In this document: one piece after another, positions 20,103 to 29,330 of the stretch
Layout: every line of letters starts with the position of its first letter
How positions within the stretch are numbered: position 1 is the stretch's first letter
Assembly (NCBI GenBank): GCA_963665845.2
Contig: OY762492.1
Location: 2,944,001 to 3,008,000 of the forward strand
Direction of reading: 5' to 3'
From: Candidatus Poribacteria bacterium
GTDB taxonomy: Bacteria > Poribacteria > WGA-4E > GCA-2687025
DNA length: 64,000 bases
Position numbers and translations under genes: made by a program
The notes under the pieces: model-generated
Told to the model about the DNA's origin: nothing
The model's database searches: none
What the model saw: the letters and a program-made list of their open reading frames with translations, nothing else

Positions 20103-21488
20103 TTATAAGCCGTATTTTTTGATCTTGCGGAAAAGGGTTCGCCGGCTGATTTCAAGGACGCGGGCGGCTTCCGCCTTGTTGCCGCCGGTGTATTCTAAGG
20201 TGGCGCGCACCGCCTCTTTTTCGATCTCGCTCCAGGACATGCCCGCGGCGGCATGCATGCCCCCTTCGTCCGTCTCCGCGGCGGCGGACGCCATCGGACG
20301 CCTGCTTTGAACGATCCATTCCGGCAGATCGGGCAGCCCTAAGACAGGCTCTTGCGCCGTGACGACCATCACCTCAACACAATTTTTCAGCTCGCGCACA
20401 TTGCCGTGCCACGGGTATTTCTCCAGCGCGCGCATCGCTTCAGGATGAATGCCGGACGCCTCCGACCCCGTCTCTTCAGCAAACTGATCAATGAAATGGC
20501 GCGTCAAAAGCGGGATGTCCTCAACGCGCTCCCGCAGCGGCGGTATGCGAATCGTCCAGACGCGCAGGCGGTGGTACAGATCGGCTCGAAACCGCCCCTC
20601 CTCCACTTCGCGCTCAAGGTCGCGGTTCGTCGTGGCAATAATGCGCACATCCACCCGTATCGGTTTCTCGCCGCCGACCCGCTCAAACTCGCGCGTTTCC
20701 AGAGCGCGCAGCAACTTGGATTGCTGCGCCAGAGGCATCTCCCCGATCTCGTCCAGCAGGAGCGTTCCGCCGTCCGCCAGCTCAAACCGCCCGCGCCGGC
20801 GCCGTTCCGCGCCGGTGAACGCGCCCTGCTCATGTCCAAACAGCTCGCTCTCGATGAGCGCTTCGGGCAGCGCGGCGCAGTTGAACGGCGCAAACGGACC
20901 CTTGCGCCGAACGCTGCGCGTATGGACGGCGCGCGCCGCCACCTCCTTGCCGACGCCGCTTTCGCCCAAGATGAGACCCGTCGTCCCAGGCGACGACGCC
21001 AAACGTATAATGCTGCGGTACACCTCCTGCATGCGCGGCGACTTGCCGGTGAAGCCGAGCTGCGCGCTGGGCGACTCGATCTGGCGGCGGAGCGCGCTGT
21101 TCTGGCGGGAAATGTCGAGATCGCGCAGCGCTTTTTGAACGGAAGCGCCCAGCTTCACCGTGTCGACAGGCTTCACCAAAAAATCATGCGCCCCGTCCTT
21201 CATGAGACGCGCGGCGGCGTCCCTGTCCAGCTGGTTCGGCTCAACGGTCAAGATGACGGCGGTCTCGCCGCCGGCGTCGCGCACGGCGCGCAAAAGCCGC
21301 CTTCCGCCCGAACGCATCGGCGCGACGACCACATGCGGCGCCTCGTCTAAAAGGCAGTTCAACGCTTCCTCAACGCCGGCGGTTTGGACGGCTCGGCAGC
21401 CGGCTTTTTCCGCGGCGGCGGCGAAGGAGCGGCGCGCGCGCGCATCCTCCTCCACAACCAGAACCGCGCAGCGGTCCGCGCCGTTCAC
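20103..21488 (-). CDS. Sigma54 enhancer-binding protein (NtrC-like) with an atypical receiver domain
   Basis: GESGVGKE, ESELFGH..GAFTGA, LDEIGEM, WHGNVREL, Fis-type HTH. Confidence 0.92.
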   Translation of the reverse strand: MNGADRCAVLVVEEDARARRSFAAAAEKAGCRAVQTAGVEEALNCLLDEAPHVVVAPMRSGGRRLLRAVRDAGGETAVILTVEPNQLDRDAAARLMKDGAHDFLVKPVDTVKLGASVQKALRDLDISRQNSALRRQIESPSAQLGFTGKSPRMQEVYRSIIRLASSPGTTGLILGESGVGKEVAARAVHTRSVRRKGPFAPFNCAALPEALIESELFGHEQGAFTGAERRRRGRFELADGGTLLLDEIGEMPLAQQSKLLRALETREFERVGGEKPIRVDVRIIATTNRDLEREVEEGRFRADLYHRLRVWTIRIPPLRERVEDIPLLTRHFIDQFAEETGSEASGIHPEAMRALEKYPWHGNVRELKNCVEVMVVTAQEPVLGLPDLPEWIVQSRRPMASAAAETDEGGMHAAAGMSWSEIEKEAVRATLEYTGGNKAEAARVLEISRRTLFRKIKKYGL

Positions 21489-22075
21489 CGCGCGCTCCTT
21501 GCGCGTTTGGACACATGCGGATTGCCGGCGAGGTAGAAACGGAGCGGCAGATCGGCGCCTTTGGAAATGCCGACGCGCGTCGAGACGACGACGGAGCCGA
21601 TCGGCTTGTCGGCGGGGCGCACGGCGAGCGGACCGTCCCAGAGCGGCGCTCCGTTATGCTCTTTTGAAACGCCGAGCGCCTGGGCGAGGCGTCCAGGTCC
21701 GGAGGCAAGATCGCGGTCGCGCCGCGCGGCGGGGCGCCGGGCGCGCATGATCTCCAGCCCGCGCGTCGGCTCAACGGCGCGAATCAGCGCCGCGCTGCCG
21801 ACGCCCCGCCGGTCCGCGACAGCGTTCAACAGCCAGTGGCAGCCGTAAGAAAGATAAACATAAGCGCGCCCCGGTTCGCCGAACATAACGCGGGAGCGCG
21901 GCGTGACGCCGTTGTAGGCGTGGCAGGCAGGGTCGTCCATCAGATACGCCTCCGTTTCGACGATGACGCCGGCGGTCGATTCGTGGGACAGTTCCGCGCC
22001 GAGCAGGTCCATCGCCACTTCAGCGGCGGAGCGGTCGTAAAACGCTTGCGGCAGCGGCGCGGCGGAATGCGTCAA
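21485..22075 (-). CDS. mpg: DNA-3-methyladenine glycosylase (MPG/AAG family)
   Basis: IVETEAY, MFG.PG.AYVY.SYG.H, LIRAVEP, SGPG.L, RVGI; TTG start with AAGGAG RBS. Confidence 0.9.
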   Translation of the reverse strand: MTHSAAPLPQAFYDRSAAEVAMDLLGAELSHESTAGVIVETEAYLMDDPACHAYNGVTPRSRVMFGEPGRAYVYLSYGCHWLLNAVADRRGVGSAALIRAVEPTRGLEIMRARRPAARRDRDLASGPGRLAQALGVSKEHNGAPLWDGPLAVRPADKPIGSVVVSTRVGISKGADLPLRFYLAGNPHVSKRARSAR

Positions 22076-22118
22076 GAGAACGCTCCTTGAGAGGCGTCTT
22101 CGAAGGGAGGCTTGGGTT

Positions 22119-22147
22119 ATGTTAACGGAGGCGCGCCGCCCTGTCAA
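22119..22147 (-). promoter_or_regulatory. Putative sigma70 promoter of the mpg/EBP operon
   Basis: TTGACA-17bp-TAACAT on the minus strand. Confidence 0.55.
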
Positions 22148-22158
22148 ACGGCTCCGCC

Positions 22159-22323
22159 TGACCTTATGCATAAAGTTGGACATTGGAACGAACAAAGCCT
22201 TTATTCATGGGGAAAAGGCGTCGCCAACCAAATCGTCATTCCCGCGTAAGCGGGAATCCAGAGGCGTTCCAGAAACCGTCCGCGTTCGCCCGCCGACATG
22301 TCCCAACTAAAGACTCCAGGTCA
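22159..22323 (+). mobile_element. MITE family A copy
   Basis: TGACCTTATGCATAAAGTTGGACA...TGTCCCAACTAAAGACTCCAGGTCA, 165 bp. Confidence 0.75.
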
Positions 22324-22333
22324 GAGACCCCGC

Positions 22334-22499
22334 TGACCTCATGCTGAAAGTTGGGACATTTGAACCGACGATCGCTCTATTCATGGGAAAAAGGCGCCGC
22401 CCACCAAATCGTCATTCCCGCGCAAGCGGGAATCCAGAGGCGTTCCAGAAACCGTCCGCGTTCGCCCGCCGACATGTCTCAATTAACGACTCAAGGCCA
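22334..22499 (+). mobile_element. MITE family A copy
   Basis: 166 bp; flanks GACCCCGC / GATCCCGC (7 of 8 match). Confidence 0.78.
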
Positions 22500-22509
22500 G
22501 ATCCCGCCC

Positions 22510-22538
22510 TTGACCTAAAGCCCGACCCGCTGTAGAAT
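22510..22538 (+). promoter_or_regulatory. Putative sigma70 promoter, probably giving a leaderless maf mRNA
   Basis: TTGACC-17bp-TAGAAT, with 6 nt between the -10 box and the ATG. Confidence 0.55.
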
Positions 22539-22544
22539 GCCGTT

Positions 22545-23123
22545 ATGCCGCTGTACCCATCCATACTTCTCGCGTCCAGGTCTCCGCGCCGCGCGGCGCT
22601 GCTGCGTCAAATCGGCGCCGCGTTCAAGGCGGTTCCGACCGGCGCGGACGAAACGATCCCGCCCGACACGGCGCCAAAACAGGCCGTCAAAACCTTAGCG
22701 ATGCGAAAAGCGCGCGCCGCCCAGACAGATTCCGCATGGAAACAGTACGACCTCACGCTCGGCGCCGACACGGTCGTCTGCCTAAACGGACGCATACTAG
22801 GGAAACCGAACGGCATCCCCGACGCGATGCGCATGCTTCAAACGCTCAGCGGAAAAACGCACCGCGTCTTGACAGGCGTCGCGCTCATCTGGAAAAGCGG
22901 CGCCGAAGAAGCATGGCATGAAGAGACGCGCGTCACGTTTCGAAACCTGTCCGACCGCGAGATTGAGGCGTATGCGAAAACCGGCGCGCCGATGGACAAG
23001 GCGGGCGCATACGGCATTCAGGAGCAGGCGGGCGCGTTTGCGGCGCGCATTGAGGGCTGTTATTTCAACGTCGTCGGCTTGCCGCTGGCGCGTTTGACGG
23101 AAAGGCTGCTGGAGCCGTCATGA
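22545..23123 (+). CDS. maf: Maf family nucleoside triphosphate pyrophosphatase
   Basis: LASRSPRR, GADTVV, LGKP, DKAGAYGIQ, NVVGLP. Confidence 0.95.
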   Translation: MPLYPSILLASRSPRRAALLRQIGAAFKAVPTGADETIPPDTAPKQAVKTLAMRKARAAQTDSAWKQYDLTLGADTVVCLNGRILGKPNGIPDAMRMLQTLSGKTHRVLTGVALIWKSGAEEAWHEETRVTFRNLSDREIEAYAKTGAPMDKAGAYGIQEQAGAFAARIEGCYFNVVGLPLARLTERLLEPS

Positions 23124-24277
23124 AAATTGTTGCCGCGCCCGATTCCTTTAAAGAATGTATGACCGCAAAACAGGCGGCGGAGGCGATCGCGCGCGGCATG
23201 CGGCGCGTCCTGCCGGACGCCGAATACGCGCTCGTGCCGATGGCAGACGGAGGCGAAGGCACAACGCAATCGCTCGTGGACGCGACCGGCGGCAGACTGG
23301 AACGGCGCCGCGTCCAGGGTCCTCTAGGGAAGGAAACGCTCGCGCGCTTCGGCGTTCTGGGCGGAGGAGAGACGGCGGTCATCGAGATGGCGGCGGCGTC
23401 TGGACTGGCGCTGACCTCGCGGGATGAACGCGACCCGATGCGCGCCTCCGCCTACGGAACAGGAGAACTGATACGCGCGGCGCTGGACCTCGGCGTCCGA
23501 AAGCTGATTGTCGGCATCGGAGGCAGCGCGACGAACGACGGCGGAGCGGGAATGGCGCAGGCGCTCGGCGCGCGTCTGCTGGACGCCGACGGGCAAGAAA
23601 TTCCGCGCGGCGGCGGTTTTTTAAACCGACTCGACCGCATCGACATCAGCGGCATGGACGCTCGATTGAAAAACGTCGATACGGTCGCGGCATGCGACGT
23701 CGACAACCCGCTCACCGGTCCGAGGGGGGCTTCAGCTGTCTACGGACCGCAGAAGGGCGCGTCGCCTGAACAGGTCAAACAGCTGGACGCAAACCTAGCG
23801 CGCTTTGCCGAGATCATGGAGCGCGATCTGGGCGTCAACCCGTCCGAGACGCCGGGCGCGGGCGCCGCCGGCGGCTTGGGCGCGGGCTTGCTGGTCTTCC
23901 TGAACGCGCGGCTGAAGCCCGGCATCGAGATCGTCTTAGAAGCGGCGCGGTTCGATGAGGCGCTGAAAGGCGCGTCGCTCGTCGTCACAGGCGAGGGGGA
24001 AATCGACGCGCAGACGAAACGCGGGAAGACGCCGATGGGCGTCGCGCAGGCGGCAAAAAAACGCGGTCTGCCCGTCTTTGCCCTGGCGGGATCGGTGAGG
24101 GCGAAGGGGCGGGAGCTGGCGGACATCGGCATCGACGCCGCGTTCTCTATCCTTTCAGAACCGATGGAGATGGACGCGGCGATACACCGCGGGGAATGGC
24201 TGCTGGCGGACGCGGCGGAGCGCTTAGCCCGCGTCCTTCATACGGTCATGCCGTCGATTCCCAAGCGCAATTCTTAA
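23120..24277 (+). CDS. glxK: Glycerate kinase (GlxK/GarK family)
   Basis: APDSFK, PMADGGEGT, GGSATNDGG, GAGAAGGLG, TGEG. Confidence 0.93.
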   Translation: MKIVAAPDSFKECMTAKQAAEAIARGMRRVLPDAEYALVPMADGGEGTTQSLVDATGGRLERRRVQGPLGKETLARFGVLGGGETAVIEMAAASGLALTSRDERDPMRASAYGTGELIRAALDLGVRKLIVGIGGSATNDGGAGMAQALGARLLDADGQEIPRGGGFLNRLDRIDISGMDARLKNVDTVAACDVDNPLTGPRGASAVYGPQKGASPEQVKQLDANLARFAEIMERDLGVNPSETPGAGAAGGLGAGLLVFLNARLKPGIEIVLEAARFDEALKGASLVVTGEGEIDAQTKRGKTPMGVAQAAKKRGLPVFALAGSVRAKGRELADIGIDAAFSILSEPMEMDAAIHRGEWLLADAAERLARVLHTVMPSIPKRNS

Positions 24278-27200
24278 AAATCGGCGCCGATAGACCAGTA
24301 GTACCGCGGCTCTTTGGCAATCTCCCATGCGGCGGCTTTCCATGCGGCGTCAAAGCGGAGAATGAAGACGCCGAGGTTGAAACGGGCGCCGAACCCGATC
24401 CCCGCCGCCAGATCGTCTACCGAGTCGAGCCGATCGGGGCCGGAGGCATCGAACGCGGAGCCGACGTCCATAAACAGGTTCCCTCCAATGCGCCTGAAAG
24501 CGATCGGCAGCGGAAACCCAAGAGCAAGCTGTTCAATTAGCTCAAACCGCCATTCAAGGTTGACGAGCAGAAACGAGTCGCCGGTGTATTCATACAGGTT
24601 CGACCCGCGCAGCGGTCCCTCAAAAGAGGGAAAGAAGATGCTGTCGGCGCGCAGCTTTTCATCAACGGCGCTGGAGACGCGGGGGCTGATCTCCGACCGC
24701 ACCCCGCCCAGAAAGAACGCTTGCGCATTTCGCCCGAAGCTGGTCCCGCCGGACAGGCGCGCCGCGACGCTTTGCGTCTCCCCAATCGGAAAATAATGCC
24801 GCCAGTCCGCCTTGAAGGTGGCGAATTGCAAAAAACGCTCTCCCGCCGCAGGGCTGGTGAAAAAGCTGAGGCGCATGCGCTTTCCGTCCACAGGTCCGTA
24901 CATCCCGTAACCCACCGTGTCCGCCACATACGCGAGCTCCATCGGCAGCATCGACTTGCGGTCTAGCGGCGTCTCTTCCACCTCTTGCCGCCCCGTTTCT
25001 CCAAACGGACCGACGCGGTAGTACTCGTAAAACTGAATGCCGACAAGGTCGCGCTGAATCGCCTGATACCCGAAGCTGCCCTCCAAGCGGGAATAGGGGC
25101 TGAACGGCCACTCCAAAAGCGCTCGGAAACCGATGTTCCGGTCGGCGACAAGGGCGACCCTGTCCCGCCTTTGAGGCTCATTTGCCAAAAAATAGTCGCG
25201 CGTATGGAACCCGGCAATGCCGTAATTCCACCGCTCATGGAGCTGGGCGTATTGAACGAGCGCGTTTAGGTTCTTGATCGATGAGATCGACTGGTCGGTA
25301 ATGACCAGCAGCCGCTGATTTCCGAGCAGGTCGCTCATCGTCAGATACGCCTGTCCGCTGAACCCGACGAAGCTGTTGATCTGCGTCGCAATGCCGAACG
25401 ATTCAACGCTCATACGGGGGCGGTAGGCGCGGGGTCGGGTGTATTTCCGCTCTCTTTTCGTTTCTTTTTCGCTCTCCTCGTTCTCGTCTCCGCCGCCTTC
25501 AATCAAGGGTGTAGCTGTCCCTTCTTCGCCGTTGCTGTTCACAGGGAGGGGCGAATCGGCGCCTGTCTCTTCAGACGAATCCTCCGCCCCTCCGCAGAGA
25601 GACGCCGTATCGGACGTTTCAAGGTCCGATAAATTCGGCAAGGTGGAGATCGAAGGCGGGAGATTCGGCGGCGCGTCAGCTTCCGTCTCTGCCGCTTCGT
25701 TGGGCAGTTCAACCGTCTCTTCGCTTTCCTCCTCGTTTTCTTCTTCTTTTTCTTGAGGAACGTCCAGGGCGGCGGACGCGGCGGCGGCGTCAAAGAGGCG
25801 CTTCGCCAGCTCCGTTTTTTCAGGCTGCGCTTTTCCTTCAAAAAAGCGCGGGTCCTCCATCAAAAAAATGTCGTACCCGCCCTCTTGAAACGCCGTAAAG
25901 CAAACCTGCGACCCGTCCGTTGACCAGTCCAGCTGCTGCGCGCCTGTCAGCGCGTCCGTCACAGGGCGCGCCTCTCCCCCCTCCAGCCGCTTGAGATACA
26001 TATTCCCGACGCCCGACCGCTCCGACACAAACAGCGCCTCCGCGCCGTCCGGCGACCATGCAGGGTACATATCGTTCGAGGGATGATCCGTCAGGCGAAT
26101 CAACCGACGCGCCTCCGCATCCAGCGCGTAGATGTCGTACTGCCCAAAACGGAACGGGACGCTGTCCTCATACTCAAGCGATTCATCGGGCCGGTCGGAC
26201 GAAAACGCGAGCAGCCGTCCGTCCGGCGACCAGTCAGGATCGCGTTCATCGTACGGATCGTTCGTCAAGCGGGTCAAATCGCCGTCCGGCAACTCCACGT
26301 TATAGAGGTCAGACCAGCCGTCTTTCAAACCGACAACGGCGATCTCATTTCCCTTCGGGCTCCAAGCGGGCGTGAACATCGCGTCCAGATCGAAGACGAA
26401 TTCGCGTTCCACTTCCCCTTCGACGACGTCATAAATAAAGAGCGCGTTGTGTCCGCGCATCTTGGCGACGACCGCAAGATGCGCCCCGTCCGGCGACCAT
26501 GCCAGCCCAGGACGCAGCAGAAACAGCGACTCAAATTCAGGCGACTGCTCCCCTTCGATGATGCGCTCCGAGCGGCGCGTTTCCACATCCATCAGATACA
26601 CATCGGCAAAACCGCGCTTGGAGCTGATATACGCCAGGCGCGTCCCGTCCGGCGACAGACGCGCGCCGACATTCAGGTAACCGCCATCCTTTAAATGCTC
26701 CGTCATTTGACGGGCAAACTCAACGGGAGAGAGCCGCTCGGCGATCTCCGGCCAGTACTCTTTTTTAAGCCAGAGCCGCCATTCCCGCTCCAGCTGCGCC
26801 ATCGACACGCCGAACGCCTCCCGCAGCCCGCGCTCCACATTGCCGCCGCTTTTCAGCGACTTCAAAAAACGCGCGATCTTGTCCCGCCCGTATGTGAGCG
26901 CAAGGTAGCGGTACAACGCCTGACCGCCCTTATAGGCAAAAACGCCGTACAGCATCTGCTCAATCGGCGGCAGATAGTCGGAAATGACCGCGTCTCTCAA
27001 CACATTGTCCGCCCCGATGTCCCACCCCATCGACTCAAATTCCGCGACGCCCTCCGTCACCCAGAGCGGAAGCGACATGAGGCGGTTCAACGCCAGCGAT
27101 TTCAAACTGCCCGACCTGAACATTTTGAACTGAACCGCATGGACAAGCTCATGGTGAATCACATGGCGCATGCGCTCATAGGAGCCTTCATAGGGGATGA

Positions 27201-27597
27201 CGACACGGCTTCGGTTGAATTCGGTAAAGCCGCCGACCCCCTCCGTGATGCGCCCGCCGATGACGTTCGTCTCCGAAAAGGAGTTGTGGGAGTTGTAGAT
27301 GATGAGCGGGATCGCGTCCTCCACCTCAAACCCCCAAGCCTCTTCCAGCTGGTCTAACGCCTGCTCGGCTTCGCGGGCGGTGAAACGCGCGAGCCAGTCG
27401 GAGCCTTTTGGAAAGTAGATCTCCACGCGGTTGGAGCGTATCGTTTGCCACTCATGCTGCGAGTAGTTCACCTTGTTTTTGCCGAACGTCTGCGCGTGAA
27501 CCGTAAGGTCTAAGATTCCCGTTTTCACGGGAAGGACAACATGGCAGAGCAGCGGCAGCATTAGAAGAAGGAGGGTAACGGCGCCAACGCGCTTCAT
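24274..27597 (-). CDS. Omp85-like protein: HExxH peptidase-MA-like domain, PD40/TolB propeller, acidic linker and C-terminal barrel
   Basis: FGKNKV.Y; HELVH...WVTEGVAE; repeated WSPDG; LRGS..Y...GD....NLEWRF; G.GFG.R...LRFD.A; terminal SIGADF. Confidence 0.8.
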   Translation of the reverse strand: MKRVGAVTLLLLMLPLLCHVVLPVKTGILDLTVHAQTFGKNKVNYSQHEWQTIRSNRVEIYFPKGSDWLARFTAREAEQALDQLEEAWGFEVEDAIPLIIYNSHNSFSETNVIGGRITEGVGGFTEFNRSRVVIPYEGSYERMRHVIHHELVHAVQFKMFRSGSLKSLALNRLMSLPLWVTEGVAEFESMGWDIGADNVLRDAVISDYLPPIEQMLYGVFAYKGGQALYRYLALTYGRDKIARFLKSLKSGGNVERGLREAFGVSMAQLEREWRLWLKKEYWPEIAERLSPVEFARQMTEHLKDGGYLNVGARLSPDGTRLAYISSKRGFADVYLMDVETRRSERIIEGEQSPEFESLFLLRPGLAWSPDGAHLAVVAKMRGHNALFIYDVVEGEVEREFVFDLDAMFTPAWSPKGNEIAVVGLKDGWSDLYNVELPDGDLTRLTNDPYDERDPDWSPDGRLLAFSSDRPDESLEYEDSVPFRFGQYDIYALDAEARRLIRLTDHPSNDMYPAWSPDGAEALFVSERSGVGNMYLKRLEGGEARPVTDALTGAQQLDWSTDGSQVCFTAFQEGGYDIFLMEDPRFFEGKAQPEKTELAKRLFDAAAASAALDVPQEKEEENEEESEETVELPNEAAETEADAPPNLPPSISTLPNLSDLETSDTASLCGGAEDSSEETGADSPLPVNSNGEEGTATPLIEGGGDENEESEKETKRERKYTRPRAYRPRMSVESFGIATQINSFVGFSGQAYLTMSDLLGNQRLLVITDQSISSIKNLNALVQYAQLHERWNYGIAGFHTRDYFLANEPQRRDRVALVADRNIGFRALLEWPFSPYSRLEGSFGYQAIQRDLVGIQFYEYYRVGPFGETGRQEVEETPLDRKSMLPMELAYVADTVGYGMYGPVDGKRMRLSFFTSPAAGERFLQFATFKADWRHYFPIGETQSVAARLSGGTSFGRNAQAFFLGGVRSEISPRVSSAVDEKLRADSIFFPSFEGPLRGSNLYEYTGDSFLLVNLEWRFELIEQLALGFPLPIAFRRIGGNLFMDVGSAFDASGPDRLDSVDDLAAGIGFGARFNLGVFILRFDAAWKAAAWEIAKEPRYYWSIGADF

Positions 27598-28208
27598 TCA
27601 AAACGCCTTTCGTTGGAGGCGAGCAGGCGTCTTGGGACAACCTGTATCGCCTTTGGTTCGGTTGGGCAAACCTCTTGACAGACGCCGCACCCGACGCATG
27701 TCAGGGCGCGGACCCGTATGCGGTTTACCGGGTCAATGTCTAAAACTGTAACGCCGTCCTCGTGCAAAGGGCATACGCGGATGCATTCGATGCAGTCCTG
27801 CCCATGCGAGCGGATGCACGTTTCATGGTCGACGCGGGCGGTTCCCATGCCGAGGGCGTACCGTTCGCGCGGGCCGAGGGCGCCGCTTGGACAGGCGGAC
27901 ATGCAGGCAAGGTCGACGCAGACGACGCACGGCTGCTCGGCGGGGTTGATGTAGGGGGAGCCGTCCTGTTCAAAGGCGAAGATCGCGTCGGCGGGGCATG
28001 CCTTGACGCATTCGCCGCTGCGGTCGCAGGTTCTCAAAAAGGCGTCGTCGTCTTCGACGCTCGGCGGGCGCGTCCAGCTGTCGGGCGCGGCTTTGCGTTG
28101 AGAGTCGGCGGCGGGTTTGCCCTCCTCTAAGCCCTGTTTGAACGCGGCGATTGGGCGCGCCAGCTCCCGCGCCAGGTCTCGGAAAAAGTTGCGCCGGTCG
28201 CTTTTCAT
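27594..28208 (-). CDS. NapG/MauM-type polyferredoxin
   Basis: RRNFF, TRPP, several CxxCxxCxxxCP motifs (the first reads CDRSGEC). Confidence 0.82.
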   Translation of the reverse strand: MKSDRRNFFRDLARELARPIAAFKQGLEEGKPAADSQRKAAPDSWTRPPSVEDDDAFLRTCDRSGECVKACPADAIFAFEQDGSPYINPAEQPCVVCVDLACMSACPSGALGPRERYALGMGTARVDHETCIRSHGQDCIECIRVCPLHEDGVTVLDIDPVNRIRVRALTCVGCGVCQEVCPTEPKAIQVVPRRLLASNERRFE

Positions 28209-29074
28209 TTGCCTTTGCGCCCCTTGCCGTCCGCCGCGAGCGAACGCAGAAGCTCAACGCCCTTTTTCATATCCTCAATCTGATCAGGTCCGGCAATCTC
28301 CCGCTCAATCGTGATGTACCCGTCAAATCCGATCTGCTTCAGCTTGTCGACAAACCTGTCCATCCCGACATCCCCCTCGCCCAGCGGCGTTTCGGTCCCC
28401 CAGGTTTCGCCCGGATGCTCCGACCAAGAGGCGTCTTTGGCGTGGACGCTGACGATATACTCCTTCACCTCCTCCATCGCCGCAATCGGTTCGCCGCACC
28501 CGTAAAGGATCATGTTCGCAGGGTCGAAGTTCACCTTCAGGTTGGGGCGGTCAACCGCCTGCAAAAAGTGGAGCAGCGCCTCGCCCGTTTCCTGTCCTGT
28601 TTCTAGGCTGAAGACCTGTCCGTTCTGGGCGCAGTAGTCGCAGATTTTGCGCATCGTCTCGACCATCGCTTGAAAGAGCGGGTCTTCCTCGTCATGCGGG
28701 ATGAAGCCGATGTGCGCGGCGACCGCGTCCACGCCCAACCCCTTCGCAAACTCGGAGATGGCGTACGTTTTTTCGATGCGCTCGGCGCGCGTCTCTTCAG
28801 GCACATAGCCGACCGTCTGCTTCACCGTCGGGATGTCCGCGTAACTCTCTCCTTCAAAACCGCAGAAGACGGTCGTGACGCGGATGCCGGACTCTTCGAT
28901 GCTTTTTTTGAGGCTCATGAACCCGTCGCCCGCCAGAAACTCGTCCGGCGGACAGCCGAGCTGTACGTTGTTGACGCCGACCGCCTCCGCCTTTTTCAGC
29001 TGCTCATCGGGCGTCAGATGCTCCTGCCCTGGATGATCCCCGACCGCGACGCTGAGCATAATGCCGATTTCCAT
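28205..29074 (-). CDS. Sugar phosphate isomerase/epimerase (xylose isomerase-like TIM barrel)
   Basis: LETGQE, VNFDPAN, VHAKD, LGEGDV, TIERE. Confidence 0.88.
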   Translation of the reverse strand: MEIGIMLSVAVGDHPGQEHLTPDEQLKKAEAVGVNNVQLGCPPDEFLAGDGFMSLKKSIEESGIRVTTVFCGFEGESYADIPTVKQTVGYVPEETRAERIEKTYAISEFAKGLGVDAVAAHIGFIPHDEEDPLFQAMVETMRKICDYCAQNGQVFSLETGQETGEALLHFLQAVDRPNLKVNFDPANMILYGCGEPIAAMEEVKEYIVSVHAKDASWSEHPGETWGTETPLGEGDVGMDRFVDKLKQIGFDGYITIEREIAGPDQIEDMKKGVELLRSLAADGKGRKGK

Positions 29075-29087
29075 GAGCGCGTCCTTT

Positions 29088-29177
29088 CTAATCTTTCTTT
29101 TTCTTTTTGCCGTTCAGCCCGTCAAAGACGACGATCCATGCGCCTGCGACAATCAGAAATATAAGCCAATAATCCAT
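29088..29177 (-). CDS. 29-aa single-TM microprotein MDYWLIFLIVAGAWIVVFDGLNGKKKKKD
   Basis: Translated by hand; AAGGA RBS; paralogue of the adjacent ORF. Confidence 0.65.
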   Translation of the reverse strand: MDYWLIFLIVAGAWIVVFDGLNGKKKKKD

Positions 29178-29190
29178 GAGCGCGTCCTTG

Positions 29191-29298
29191 CTATTTTTTC
29201 TTTTTTTCATTCAGCCCGTCAAAGACGACGATCCATACGGCGATGCCGATGACGATCAACGCGCTGGGCAGCGTCCACCATAATTTCCATAATTCCAT
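29191..29298 (-). CDS. 35-aa single-TM microprotein MELWKLWWTLPSALIVIGIAVWIVVFDGLNEKKKK
   Basis: Shares WIVVFDGLN and a Lys tail with its neighbour. Confidence 0.65.
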   Translation of the reverse strand: MELWKLWWTLPSALIVIGIAVWIVVFDGLNEKKKK

Positions 29299-29330
29299 GC
29301 GCCCGCCCTTTCGCGTGTTGCGTTGACGAT

